A stretch of 46,446 nucleotides of DNA, from assembly GCA_019456345.1 (NCBI GenBank), contig VRUB01000003.1, positions 1-46,446 of the forward strand, written 5' to 3'. This document shows, piece by piece, positions 1 to 9,107 of the stretch; position 1 is the first letter of the stretch; every line of letters begins with the position of its first letter. The position numbers and the translations under genes were made by a program. This DNA is from Nitrospira sp. (GTDB lineage Bacteria; Pseudomonadota; Gammaproteobacteria; Acidiferrobacterales; SPGG2). The notes below the pieces were generated by a model. The model was not told the origin of the DNA. It saw only the letters and a program-made list of their open reading frames with translations, and made no database searches.

Positions 1-332
1 CAACGTCCGTAAGATATTGAAATAAAATAGAAAAGTTCTCATTTGCGGGCGTGCAGCCCGCTGCGCCCTACGCTCGCCCGAATCACTGGCTAAGCTAAGA
101 GAACGCCGCAACGGTATACGCGGTCCGTTGCGCATCAGGGATGACCCCGGTCTCGTAATGAATTGCTTGGACGCACACACACCATGAGCCCCGCGGACCA
201 CTTCCGCGGGCACGCCGCCGAGTATTCCGGCTATCGGCTGACCCACCCGGACATGCTGTTTGAGCGGCGGGTCGCTGTGGTGTTGTCACGCCGGTTGGCC
301 TGGGACTGCGGCACCGGCACAGTAAGCAGCGT

Positions 333-779
333 ATGAACGTAAAACGCTTTCTCGCCGGTTGCATCATAGTGTCCGCCTACGTATTCGCCCATGAATGGGT
401 GTTCCACGGCATCGTGCTGGAAGATCTGTATGCACACAGTCCGCCGCTATGGCGCACCCCGGCGGATATGGCGGGGCGTATACCCTGGCTGGTGCTGGGC
501 CAGCTTATGTTTGCCGTGCTCTTTTGTTTCACCTTCACGCTCGGCTATGAAAGCAAAGGCCTGATGCGAGGGCTGCGTTATGGTGTGTTTATTGGCCTGG
601 TGTTCACGGCCACCAACGTCATCATGTACGCGTTTCAGCCCGTTCCTTATGAACTGCTGCTCGCATGGGTGGGTGGCGGTATCCTGGAGCTGACTATCGC
701 GGCGATCATCATGGCCGTAGTCTATCGGCCGGTGCAACCATCAGCATTGCCGCCGGACGACGTGCCAGCGGAGTCCTAA
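333..779 (+). CDS. Hypothetical integral membrane protein (about 4 TM helices)
   Basis: 148-aa ORF with four hydrophobic stretches; no recognisable catalytic motif. Confidence 0.7.
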   Translation: MNVKRFLAGCIIVSAYVFAHEWVFHGIVLEDLYAHSPPLWRTPADMAGRIPWLVLGQLMFAVLFCFTFTLGYESKGLMRGLRYGVFIGLVFTATNVIMYAFQPVPYELLLAWVGGGILELTIAAIIMAVVYRPVQPSALPPDDVPAES

Positions 780-886
780 TCTGCCGGGCGGGCCCGCTCT
801 TCGTCTGCAATCGGGGCTCGGCTTGACCAAAAGGGCAAAAAACCGACAAAACCCCGCCACTTCGTGTTTGGTCTTTGCCGTTTCTC

Positions 887-950
887 CTCGCTACTAGCCA
901 CTCGCTACTAGCTACCGCTTTATTACCGATCACCGCTCACGATTCACGGA
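887..950. repeat. Two adjacent 4x7-nt degenerate heptamer arrays
   Basis: CTCGCTA-CTAGCCA-CTCGCTA-CTAGCTA (887-914) and TTACCGA-TCACCGC-TCACGAT-TCACGGA (923-950), just downstream of the phhB stop. Confidence 0.8.
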
Positions 951-955
951 TAATG

Positions 956-1291
956 TCAGGCGCCAATAAGCGCGTTGAACTTCGCCGCACAGATGAAGTC
1001 GTTCTCCGACAATCCGCCGATGGCGTGCGTACTGTAGCGCACACGGCAGCGCTTGTAGCCGACCTCGATGTCGGGGTGGTGATCTTCGCGGTGCGCGACC
1101 CACGCCAGCGCATTGACGAAGGCCATGGTCTGATAGTAATTCTTGAACTCGTAGGTGCGAGCGATCTCGCCACCACCTTCACTGATCTCCCACCCCGGGG
1201 TCTGTTGCAGCAATGCTTGGGCCGCTTGCGGCGTCAGCGGCTTGGTGCCGCCTTCACAGGGCTTGCAGGTCTTGCTGACCAGTTCTGTCAT
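956..1291 (-). CDS. phhB: Pterin-4-alpha-carbinolamine dehydratase
   Basis: CKPCEGG N-terminus, EDHHPDI and THAIGGLSENDFICAAK motifs; GAGGAGG RBS. Confidence 0.95.
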   Translation of the reverse strand: MTELVSKTCKPCEGGTKPLTPQAAQALLQQTPGWEISEGGGEIARTYEFKNYYQTMAFVNALAWVAHREDHHPDIEVGYKRCRVRYSTHAIGGLSENDFICAAKFNALIGA

Positions 1292-1539
1292 GATCGCCTC
1301 CTCGTGTTACCTGTCCGTTTTCGCGGGTGCCAACGGTGCTATCTTGATTGTATGGCGTTGGGTACGGCGTTACCGTGACTCGCACATGCTCAATTGGCCG
1401 CCGCGCCACCCTCGGCCCGGTAAGGGCGGTCAGCGCGAACCCGCCCAAATACAAGACGGTCAAGCCATTGCTGCCCTCACGGTGATATCATGGGCCGGGC
1501 ACAACCGCATACGTTTAAGATTAGAACTGGAGATAACGG

Positions 1540-2106
1540 ATGGCGCAAGTACCTCCCGGGGGCCAGGACCCCAATGCTTTGATCTGGATTGACCTGGAGA
1601 TGTCAGGGTTGGACACGCAGTCGGACCGGATTCTGGAGGCGGCCACAATCGTCACCGACAGTGAGCTCAATACGCTCGCCGAGGGGCCGGTGCTGGTGGT
1701 GCATCAGCCGGCGGCGGTACTCGACGGCATGGATGAGTGGAATACCCGCACCCATGCCGAAACCGGGCTGTGCGAGCGCGTGCGCGCATCCAGCTTGACT
1801 GAAAGCGATGTCGAACGGCAAGTGCTCGAGTTCCTGCAACAGTATGTGCCGAAGGGCCGGTCGCCCATGTGTGGCAACAGCATTTGCCAGGACCGCCGGT
1901 TTCTGGCGCGCTGGATGCCCGATTTCGAGGCATGGTTTCACTACCGCAATCTGGACGTGAGCACGATCAAGGAGCTGGCCCGGCGTTGGAAACCCGAGAT
2001 TTACGCCGGGATGGTCAAAAAGAATACCCACAAAGCGCTTGATGACATTCGCGAGTCGATCGAGGAGCTCAGGTACTACCGCAAGCACTTCCTGCGCCTG
2101 GACTAG
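1540..2106 (+). CDS. orn: Oligoribonuclease
   Basis: [40 protein letters not shown] and [11 protein letters not shown] DEDDh motifs; GGAG RBS. Confidence 0.97.
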   Translation: MAQVPPGGQDPNALIWIDLEMSGLDTQSDRILEAATIVTDSELNTLAEGPVLVVHQPAAVLDGMDEWNTRTHAETGLCERVRASSLTESDVERQVLEFLQQYVPKGRSPMCGNSICQDRRFLARWMPDFEAWFHYRNLDVSTIKELARRWKPEIYAGMVKKNTHKALDDIRESIEELRYYRKHFLRLD

Positions 2107-2289
2107 GGTGACGTAGCCACCCCCCGGTTGGCGCCGCACGGCCGTGGCCCGGCCCGCCCGGAAAGGACTTTCCAAACAACTGCTTAACGACGGAAACGGC
2201 ACCGCGTGGGCGGCAGTAGATGCTTATGCCCACTGAGGTATACTATTTTTATTGCCATTCTGGCATGTGATTGGAATCCGGAGGTAGCC

Positions 2290-2859
2290 ATGGGGCGGAC
2301 AGAGACCACGATGCGCGCGGCGATTGTACTGATAGCTGCGCTTTTTCTTGCGGCCTGTGCCGGCAAGACCACGGTGAAGAGCAATCTTCATATCAAGGGG
2401 GCGCCCAGTTGGGTTAACAAGGGCACCAACACCCTCAACGATAAGAACGGACGCCTGTTTCACGGCGTTGGCATCGCCCCCGACATAGGGGATATATCGC
2501 TGCAGAAGGACACGGCGGACAATCGTGCGCGCGCTGAGGTCGCACGCATCCTGTCCTCGTACATGGAGGTCGTATCCAAGGATTACTCCACCGCGAGCGA
2601 CGTCGACGGCCAGCGGATCAGCGAACAGGAGGTGTCGCGCGAGATCAACAATGTCACAAGGACCAATCTCTCGGGCGCCAAGATCATCGGCCGCTGGCGC
2701 CACAAGAAAAATAAGACGATGTACTCGCTGGCCGAGCTGGATGTGCGTCACGTGAAGCAGACGGTCAAGACATTCCGCGACATGAATGACGGTTTGCGCG
2801 ATTACATCGAGCAGAACGCCGATGTCGTTTTCGACAAGTTCTCCGAGCAATCCCGATGA
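2290..2859 (+). CDS. LPP20-family lipoprotein
   Basis: Lipobox LAAC, APSWV motif, ADNRARAEVA helix; ATG at 2290 follows GGAGG (alternative ATG at 2311). Confidence 0.8.
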   Translation: MGRTETTMRAAIVLIAALFLAACAGKTTVKSNLHIKGAPSWVNKGTNTLNDKNGRLFHGVGIAPDIGDISLQKDTADNRARAEVARILSSYMEVVSKDYSTASDVDGQRISEQEVSREINNVTRTNLSGAKIIGRWRHKKNKTMYSLAELDVRHVKQTVKTFRDMNDGLRDYIEQNADVVFDKFSEQSR

Positions 2860-3464
2860 AGCCCGCCCGGACGCCCGGTCTCCGCCTCGTGGCTGTGCTG
2901 GTGGTCCTTGTGATGGCCGGCTGCGGAACCTCCGTCCAACGGATGGACACCGAGAAGGTCAAGGATCTGAGCGGTGCCTGGAACGATACCGACTCGCGGC
3001 TTGTATCCGAGGAGATGATCGAGGATGTGCTCTCCCAGCCGTGGCTGCGCGATTTCACGCGCAAGAACCGGGCGCAGCCGGCGCTGATCGTGGGCGGCAT
3101 GCGTAACCTGAGCCACGAGCACATCAACCTGAACACGTTCGTCGCCGACATCGAGCGAGCGATGATCAGGTCGAATAAGGTGCAGTTCGTGGCGTCGCCG
3201 ACGGAACGAGGCTCGGTGCGAGCGGAGCGCAAGGACCAGGACCTGCATGCAGCTGAGGCGACGCGCAATCCGATGGGCCAGGAGCTCGGGGCGGATTTTA
3301 TGCTTCAAGGAACCATCAATACCATCGTCGATGTCTCCGGTACCAAGCAGGTACGCTACTACCAGGTCGATATGACCCTGGTCAGCCTGGCCGATAACCG
3401 CAAGGTGTGGGTCGGGCAGAAGAAGATCAAAAAGCTGGTCAAGCGTAGCAAGCTGCGATTTTGA
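2856..3464 (+). CDS. lpoB: Penicillin-binding protein activator LpoB-family lipoprotein
   Basis: Lipobox MAGC; DLSGAWNDTD, GADFMLQGTINTI and YYQVDMTLV..VWVGQKKIKK motifs; ATGA coupling to the upstream gene. Confidence 0.85.
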   Translation: MKPARTPGLRLVAVLVVLVMAGCGTSVQRMDTEKVKDLSGAWNDTDSRLVSEEMIEDVLSQPWLRDFTRKNRAQPALIVGGMRNLSHEHINLNTFVADIERAMIRSNKVQFVASPTERGSVRAERKDQDLHAAEATRNPMGQELGADFMLQGTINTIVDVSGTKQVRYYQVDMTLVSLADNRKVWVGQKKIKKLVKRSKLRF

Positions 3465-3477
3465 AGCGCACGCCGGT

Positions 3478-4848
3478 GTGCGCCATCCCCTGCGTTATTA
3501 CGTGTTCGAGCTTTTCCGTCCATCGCGTACAAACTGCGTTGACCGGATACTGTTTGCTGTGGGCATTGCCCTGCTGGCCGGGGCCTGCGCCACCGGCAGT
3601 AACAGCTCCTACACGCTTGAACGTCACCTCGCTGCCCAAAAGCCCGAGCGCGCCCTCAAATCGTTAGAGCAGCAAAGCCGGCAGTGGGCACGCCGCGACC
3701 AGGTTTTGTATCTGCTGAACAAGGCCATGCTGTTACGCATGCAAGGCGATTTTGTCGCGAGCAACGACATCTTCGAGCAGGCCAAGCAGCGCATCGACAA
3801 ACTTTACGGCGTCAGTGTTACGGAGCAGATCGGATCGGTCATTATCAATGACCTCACCCGGCAGTACGTCGGCGAGGAGTTTGAGCAGGTATTGATGCAC
3901 GTTTTTGAAGCGCTGAATTACCTGGCGCTTGGGCAAGCCGACGCGGCACGCGTGGAGGCGCTGCATATTGACCTGAAGCTTCGCCAGCTTGGGAAGAGAA
4001 TCGAAAAGAACAAGTACACGGAGGATGCGTTTGCCAGGTATCTGGCGGGGATGATCTACGAGGGGCAGCGAGAGTGGAGCGATGCCATGATCGAGTACCG
4101 CCAGGCCTATGTCGCATACCGCGTGTATAAGAAGGAGTACGGCGTTCCTGTGCCGCACAGCCTCAAGCAAGACTTGCTGCGGCTGAGCGAGAGGGTGGGG
4201 CTAACGGCGGAGATGGAACGTTACGAGACCGAATTCGGCATGGAACGCGGTCAAGACATGGAGATACGCGAAGGGAAGGGCGAGCTCATTTTCGTGTTGA
4301 GCAAGGGCCTGGCGCCCGTGAAACGCGAGAACTCGATCTTCGTGCTGGTGCCGCCGACCCATACGCTGGTGAAGGTCTCCTTACCTTATTATCAGTCGCG
4401 CGTAGCGCCCGCGGTCGCCGCGCGTATCCGGGTCGACGGTGAGGTTATACCGATGGAGGAGGTGGAGGACATCAGGGCCATCGCGATCAGGACCCTCAAA
4501 ACGAAGCTGCCAGGGATCCGGGCGAGAGCGATCGCGCGCGCGAGCATCAAGGGCACCGTAGCATACACGCTCAAGCACCAGGATAACTGGCTGCTCGGCG
4601 TGCTGGCAGAGTTGGGCGGGTTGGTGACGGAACGCGCCGATACACGCAGCTGGATTACGCTCCCAAGCAACATATTCCTGGCGCGCATTCCGCTGGCGCC
4701 CGGTAAGCATAACATCGAGCTGGAGATTCTCGATCGCCGTCACGCGGTTATCGCTAGGCGCGAGTTCCGCAACGTCACTATTAATAAGGATCGTATGACC
4801 TTTCTATCACATCACTGGATTGTGCCGCAGCATTTGTTTTTCGAGTAA
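3478..4848 (+). CDS. COG3014-like TPR lipoprotein
   Basis: LLAGAC lipobox, helical repeats, YxGExFE and ERADTRSWITLP motifs typical of the family found next to lpoB; start uncertain. Confidence 0.75.
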   Translation: MRHPLRYYVFELFRPSRTNCVDRILFAVGIALLAGACATGSNSSYTLERHLAAQKPERALKSLEQQSRQWARRDQVLYLLNKAMLLRMQGDFVASNDIFEQAKQRIDKLYGVSVTEQIGSVIINDLTRQYVGEEFEQVLMHVFEALNYLALGQADAARVEALHIDLKLRQLGKRIEKNKYTEDAFARYLAGMIYEGQREWSDAMIEYRQAYVAYRVYKKEYGVPVPHSLKQDLLRLSERVGLTAEMERYETEFGMERGQDMEIREGKGELIFVLSKGLAPVKRENSIFVLVPPTHTLVKVSLPYYQSRVAPAVAARIRVDGEVIPMEEVEDIRAIAIRTLKTKLPGIRARAIARASIKGTVAYTLKHQDNWLLGVLAELGGLVTERADTRSWITLPSNIFLARIPLAPGKHNIELEILDRRHAVIARREFRNVTINKDRMTFLSHHWIVPQHLFFE

Positions 4849-4853
4849 GCACG

Positions 4854-5921
4854 ATGAGGACCGCACTGACAATCGTATTAGGCGCCTGGTTGCTGCTGGC
4901 AGGGTGTGCCGGTAAGCCGGCCCGACCCGACTGGACCGCGGGCAGCAGCGCGCGTTATCCCGATACCCGTTTCCTTGTAGCGCGGGGACAGGGACCCAGT
5001 GAAAGCAAGGCCGCCGATCGGGCACGAGCGGAGCTGGCCAAAATCTTCCACGTCCGGATCAGCGATGAGAGCGTGGACACGCAGACGATTGTAAGCCGTA
5101 CCGAACGCGGCAAGACGCAACGCGAGCAGCGAGGAAAGGTGACCCGTACCGTCGTCGCCGGGACCGATCGGATTCTCGAAGGCGTAGAAGTGAAAGAGTT
5201 CTGGCTGGATCCGCACACGCAAGTGCACTATGCACTCGCCGTGCTCCCGCGGGCACGGGCCAGCGCCCGACTCGAACAACGGATGGCGCATCTGGATGCG
5301 GCGACGCGCGACTATTTGGCCCAGGTGCATACGCGCAGGGACGTGCTGCTGCGGCTTGGCGCTGCCGAGCGCGCGCTCACGGCCCAGCACGAGCGCCAGG
5401 CCCTGCAAGACTCGCTCCGCATCGTCGATCCCGCCGGGCGCGGCATGGCACCGCGCTGGGAGCTGAGCGACTTGCAACGCGAGTTTGAAAAGCTGTTGCC
5501 GCAGCTACAGCTCGTGCCCGAGGTGCAGGCCGATCCGATTGGTGGGCTGGGGACCGCCTTGTCGGGTGCCATCGCGGCGGCGGGATTTACGCTGGTGCAG
5601 GGCGCACAGGCGGATTATGTGCTGGCGGCCACCTTGCAGATGGATGATCTGGGCGAGCGCGACGGTTGGCTGTGGCTCAAGGGTACACTGGAGATCAAGC
5701 TCGTGGAGCAGACGAGTGCGCGTGTGCGTGGCGTCCAGCGCTGGACGGTGAAGGTCTCGGCGCAGCAACGACGCACGGCGCGGCGCCGCGCCGTGGACCG
5801 GGTGGTGTCGATCCTGAAGCAGGAGCTCCAATCGACAATCGTCGGTTTTGGCGGCGGCGCGGGTGGGCGCGCAAGCGCTCAGTCGTGGGCCGGCTCGGGG
5901 GAATCACGATCGCCGGGTTGA
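4854..5921 (+). CDS. LPP20-family lipoprotein
   Basis: Lipobox LAGC, RPDW motif, AADRARAELAKIF helix; 3' end overlaps queG. Confidence 0.75.
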   Translation: MRTALTIVLGAWLLLAGCAGKPARPDWTAGSSARYPDTRFLVARGQGPSESKAADRARAELAKIFHVRISDESVDTQTIVSRTERGKTQREQRGKVTRTVVAGTDRILEGVEVKEFWLDPHTQVHYALAVLPRARASARLEQRMAHLDAATRDYLAQVHTRRDVLLRLGAAERALTAQHERQALQDSLRIVDPAGRGMAPRWELSDLQREFEKLLPQLQLVPEVQADPIGGLGTALSGAIAAAGFTLVQGAQADYVLAATLQMDDLGERDGWLWLKGTLEIKLVEQTSARVRGVQRWTVKVSAQQRRTARRRAVDRVVSILKQELQSTIVGFGGGAGGRASAQSWAGSGESRSPG

Positions 5922-6985
5922 TGGTGTTGTGCCAGCGCCCAGTGCACGTGCTCGCGCACCAGCGCGGAGGGGTGCGTGAGACGCGTCTGAAGGGCGGCGA
6001 TTACGGCGGCGCTCATCGGGGCGTTGCCCAAGGCCACTGCGATGTTCCGCAACCAGCCCTCGTAACCGGTGCGGCGAATGGCCGAACCGCGCGTGCGCTC
6101 GTCGAACTCGGCCTCGCTCCAGGAGAACAAGTCCACCAGCTTGGCCCCATCGAGATCCTGGCGCACGGCGAAATCAGGCTCCGCGGTCGGTCGGGCAAAA
6201 CGATTCCACGGACACACGAGCTGGCAGTCGTCGCACCCGAAGATGCGGTTACCTATTAATGGTCGCAGCGCCAACGGGATCGGGCCGCGCAGCTCGATGG
6301 TCAGATAGGAGATGCAGCGGCGCGCATCGAGCTGATAAGGGGCGACGATCGCCCGGGTGGGGCAGACATCAATGCATGCCTGGCAGCTACCGCAATGGTT
6401 TTGCGATGGCCGGTCCACCGGTAGCGGCAGATCGGTATAGATCTCACCGAGAAAAAACCATGAACCAGCCGTGCGGCTGAGCACATTCGTGTGTTTGCCG
6501 ATCCAGCCGAGCCCGGCCTTCTGTGCCAGCGGTTTCTCCAGCACCGGCGCGCTGTCGCTAAACACGCGGTAGCGATGCGGGCCAACGGCCCGCTCTATCC
6601 GCACGGCAAGTTGGTCCAGGCGCTTACGCACGACCTTGTGATAATCGCGCCCAAGCGCGTAGCGTGAGATAAAGCCCAGGGACGGATTATCGAGCACCGC
6701 CTGTGTGTCGGCGGCCTCTGCCGGGTAGTAATCCATGCGCGCACAGATCACACGCACGGTTTCCGGCAACAAGGCGTGGGGCCGGCTGCGCCGGGTACCG
6801 TGTGCAGCCATGTAGTGCATCTCGCCATGGCGCCCGCCAGCGAGCCATTCGAGCAGGCGTGCCTCGGCCTCACCCAGGTGTCGATCGCTGACCCCGATTT
6901 GCTGAAATCCGAGTTCCTGCCCCCAGTGTTTGATATCACGGGCAAGGCGATTCAAGTCGATGGACTGTGTATGTGCGTTATCCAT
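5879..6985 (-). CDS. queG: tRNA epoxyqueuosine(34) reductase
   Basis: SRYALGRDYH, DSAPVLEK, CGSCQACIDVCPT and GCDDCQLVCPWN motifs; start moved to ATG 6985 because the longer ORF runs through a repeat hairpin. Confidence 0.96.
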   Translation of the reverse strand: MDNAHTQSIDLNRLARDIKHWGQELGFQQIGVSDRHLGEAEARLLEWLAGGRHGEMHYMAAHGTRRSRPHALLPETVRVICARMDYYPAEAADTQAVLDNPSLGFISRYALGRDYHKVVRKRLDQLAVRIERAVGPHRYRVFSDSAPVLEKPLAQKAGLGWIGKHTNVLSRTAGSWFFLGEIYTDLPLPVDRPSQNHCGSCQACIDVCPTRAIVAPYQLDARRCISYLTIELRGPIPLALRPLIGNRIFGCDDCQLVCPWNRFARPTAEPDFAVRQDLDGAKLVDLFSWSEAEFDERTRGSAIRRTGYEGWLRNIAVALGNAPMSAAVIAALQTRLTHPSALVREHVHWALAQHHQPGDRDSPEPAHD

Positions 6986-7010
6986 CCAGGCCTGTGGGTT
7001 ACTTGACCCG

Positions 7011-7097
7011 TAGCGAGTGGCGGGTAGCGAGTAGCGAGGAATACACGGACACATCGTAGCGTACCCATGCATTCCTAGCTACTCGAAACTCGCTACT
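7011..7097. repeat. Inverted pair of heptamer arrays forming a long hairpin
   Basis: TAGCGAG-TGGCGGG-TAGCGAG-TAGCGAG (7011-7038) opposite CTAGCTA-CTCGAAA-CTCGCTA (7075-7095), with inner GGAAT/ATTCC pairing. Confidence 0.8.
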
Positions 7098-7159
7098 ATT
7101 ACCTATGTCCACTGCGTACTCCGCGGTTAGAATACGCTGACAATAGGGCTGAGAGTTGT

Positions 7160-8662
7160 ATGAATCTACCTGAACCATTGTATTTCGCCGAGCAGAGCCG
7201 CGCGCTTGACCGCATCGCTATAGAAAGGCACGGCATAGCGGGATACACCTTGATGCAGCGCGCCGGGCAGGCGGCGTTCGAGCTCTTGCGCAGCCGCTGG
7301 CCACGGGCGCAACGCATTGCCGTCGTCTGTGGGCCCGGTAACAACGGCGGTGATGGTTACGTGATTACCCGGCTTGCGCGCGAAGCAGGAATGGACGCAA
7401 TGGTGCTGGCGCTGGGCGATCGGGCGCGTCTGCAAGGTGACGCGCTGCAAGCGCGCGAGGCGCTGGAGGCAAGCGGGGTCAGGGTAGCACCGTTCGGGCC
7501 CGAGCGGTTGGCGGATGCCGACGTAATTGTGGACGCACTGTTTGGCACTGGCCTGGAGCGCACGGTGCGCGATACGTGGCGCGAGGCCATAGACGTCATA
7601 AATACAACGGCGGCAGTACCGGTGCTGGCCGTCGACATTCCATCGGGCCTGCATGCCGATTCCGGTCGTGTGCTGGGCGTGGCGGTACGGGCACAGGCCA
7701 CCATTACTTTCATAGGGCTCAAGGCCGGTCTTTTTACCGGTCACGGGCGTGACTATTGCGGCGAGATCGTGTTCGCTGACCTCGGCGTTCCGGCGGAGAT
7801 CTACGCGGGCGTTACGCTGGCGGCGCGGCGGATAACGCCGGGCGTACTCGCAGACCTGCTTCCGCGCCGGGCGCGCAGTGCGCATAAAGGTGCGCTTGGG
7901 CACGTTGCCGTGATCGGGGGCGACGAGGGCATGCCCGGCGCCGCCCGCCTGGCCGGAGCGGCCGCCTACCGTGCCGGTGCCGGTCTGGTCACGGTGCTCA
8001 CCCACCCGGCCCACGCGGCCCAGATCAATAGCGGCTGCCCGGAGCTGCTGGTCCAAGCCGTGAGCGATGCGCGCGCGCTGCGCGCGGCCGTGCAACGCGC
8101 CGACATACTGGCGATCGGCCCCGGACTGGGGCAGGGGCCGTGGGGCCGCGAGCTACTGGCGGCGGCGTTGGAATCATCGCTGCCGAAGGTAGTGGACGCG
8201 GACGCATTGAACCTGCTGGCGGCGGAACCGCTCAAGCGCGACGATTGGGTGCTGACGCCGCACCCAGGTGAGGCCGCACGCTTGCTCGGTATCACGACCG
8301 CACAGGTGCAGGACCAGCGCTTCGATGCGCTGCAGGCGCTGGTGCAGCGCCTGGGTGGCGTCTGTGTGCTGAAAGGCTCGGGGACACTGATCGGGCACAG
8401 CGGCGAGGCGCAAGCGTGGCTGTGTGATGCCGGCAACCCGGGCATGGCGAGCGGGGGCATGGGGGACATTCTTACGGGCGTGGTGGCGGCATTGATGGGG
8501 CAGGGCCTGACGGCACCGGACGCAGCGCGCCTCGGTGTGTGGGTGCACGCCGTCGCCGGTGACGATGCTGCGCGCCAGGGCGGTGAGATCGGCCTTATGG
8601 CATCGGACCTGATGCTTTTTGTGCGCAGCCGATTGAACGAGCTCAGCGGCGATGAGGGTTAA
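7160..8662 (+). CDS. nnr: Bifunctional NAD(P)H-hydrate epimerase/dehydratase
   Basis: GPGNNGGDG, DALFGTG, DIPSG, TPHPGEAARL and GNPGMASGGMGDILTG motifs. Confidence 0.96.
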   Translation: MNLPEPLYFAEQSRALDRIAIERHGIAGYTLMQRAGQAAFELLRSRWPRAQRIAVVCGPGNNGGDGYVITRLAREAGMDAMVLALGDRARLQGDALQAREALEASGVRVAPFGPERLADADVIVDALFGTGLERTVRDTWREAIDVINTTAAVPVLAVDIPSGLHADSGRVLGVAVRAQATITFIGLKAGLFTGHGRDYCGEIVFADLGVPAEIYAGVTLAARRITPGVLADLLPRRARSAHKGALGHVAVIGGDEGMPGAARLAGAAAYRAGAGLVTVLTHPAHAAQINSGCPELLVQAVSDARALRAAVQRADILAIGPGLGQGPWGRELLAAALESSLPKVVDADALNLLAAEPLKRDDWVLTPHPGEAARLLGITTAQVQDQRFDALQALVQRLGGVCVLKGSGTLIGHSGEAQAWLCDAGNPGMASGGMGDILTGVVAALMGQGLTAPDAARLGVWVHAVAGDDAARQGGEIGLMASDLMLFVRSRLNELSGDEG

Positions 8663-9107
8663 GCTGGCGGTCCCCAGCGTCGCCGAGATGGAGGCCTTGG
8701 GCGCGCGGCTTGCGCGCCGAATCGACCAGGTCCATCTGCTCTACCTGCACGGGGCGCTCGGCACCGGCAAGACCACCCTGGTGCGCGGCATCCTGCGCGC
8801 ACTGGGGCATGGCGGCCTGGTCAAGAGCCCCACGTTTACACTGGTGGAGCCGTACTCGTTCGATGGACTCATCGTTTACCATATCGATCTCTATCGCGTT
8901 TCTGACCCCGAGGAGCTGGAATTTCTCGGATTTCGCGATTATCTTGAAAGTGAGAGCGTATGCCTGGTGGAGTGGGCTGAGCGCGGCGTAGAAAAATTGC
9001 CGTCCCCGGATCTTGACGTAACGATTCAGAATGTTGACGATACGCGCACCGTGGAGCTTGAATCGTATTCCGATCGAGGCACCGAACTACTCAGCGGTCT
9101 GACATGA
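8652..9107 (+). CDS. tsaE: tRNA threonylcarbamoyladenosine biosynthesis ATPase
   Basis: GALGTGKTT P-loop, VKSPTFTLVEPY, HIDLYR, VEWAE. Confidence 0.97.
   Translation: MRVKLAVPSVAEMEALGARLARRIDQVHLLYLHGALGTGKTTLVRGILRALGHGGLVKSPTFTLVEPYSFDGLIVYHIDLYRVSDPEELEFLGFRDYLESESVCLVEWAERGVEKLPSPDLDVTIQNVDDTRTVELESYSDRGTELLSGLT

Noticed and set aside
107-132. 8-bp hairpin CGCAACGG/CCGTTGCG
   Set aside because: Isolated stem with no U-tract or family motif; expected by chance at this GC content
2107-2289. Possible tRNA-Gly after orn, as in E. coli
   Set aside because: No cloverleaf, T-loop GTTCGA or CCA end
7166-8095. 309-aa antisense ORF
   Set aside because: Shadow of nnr; typical of GC-rich codon bias and has no motifs
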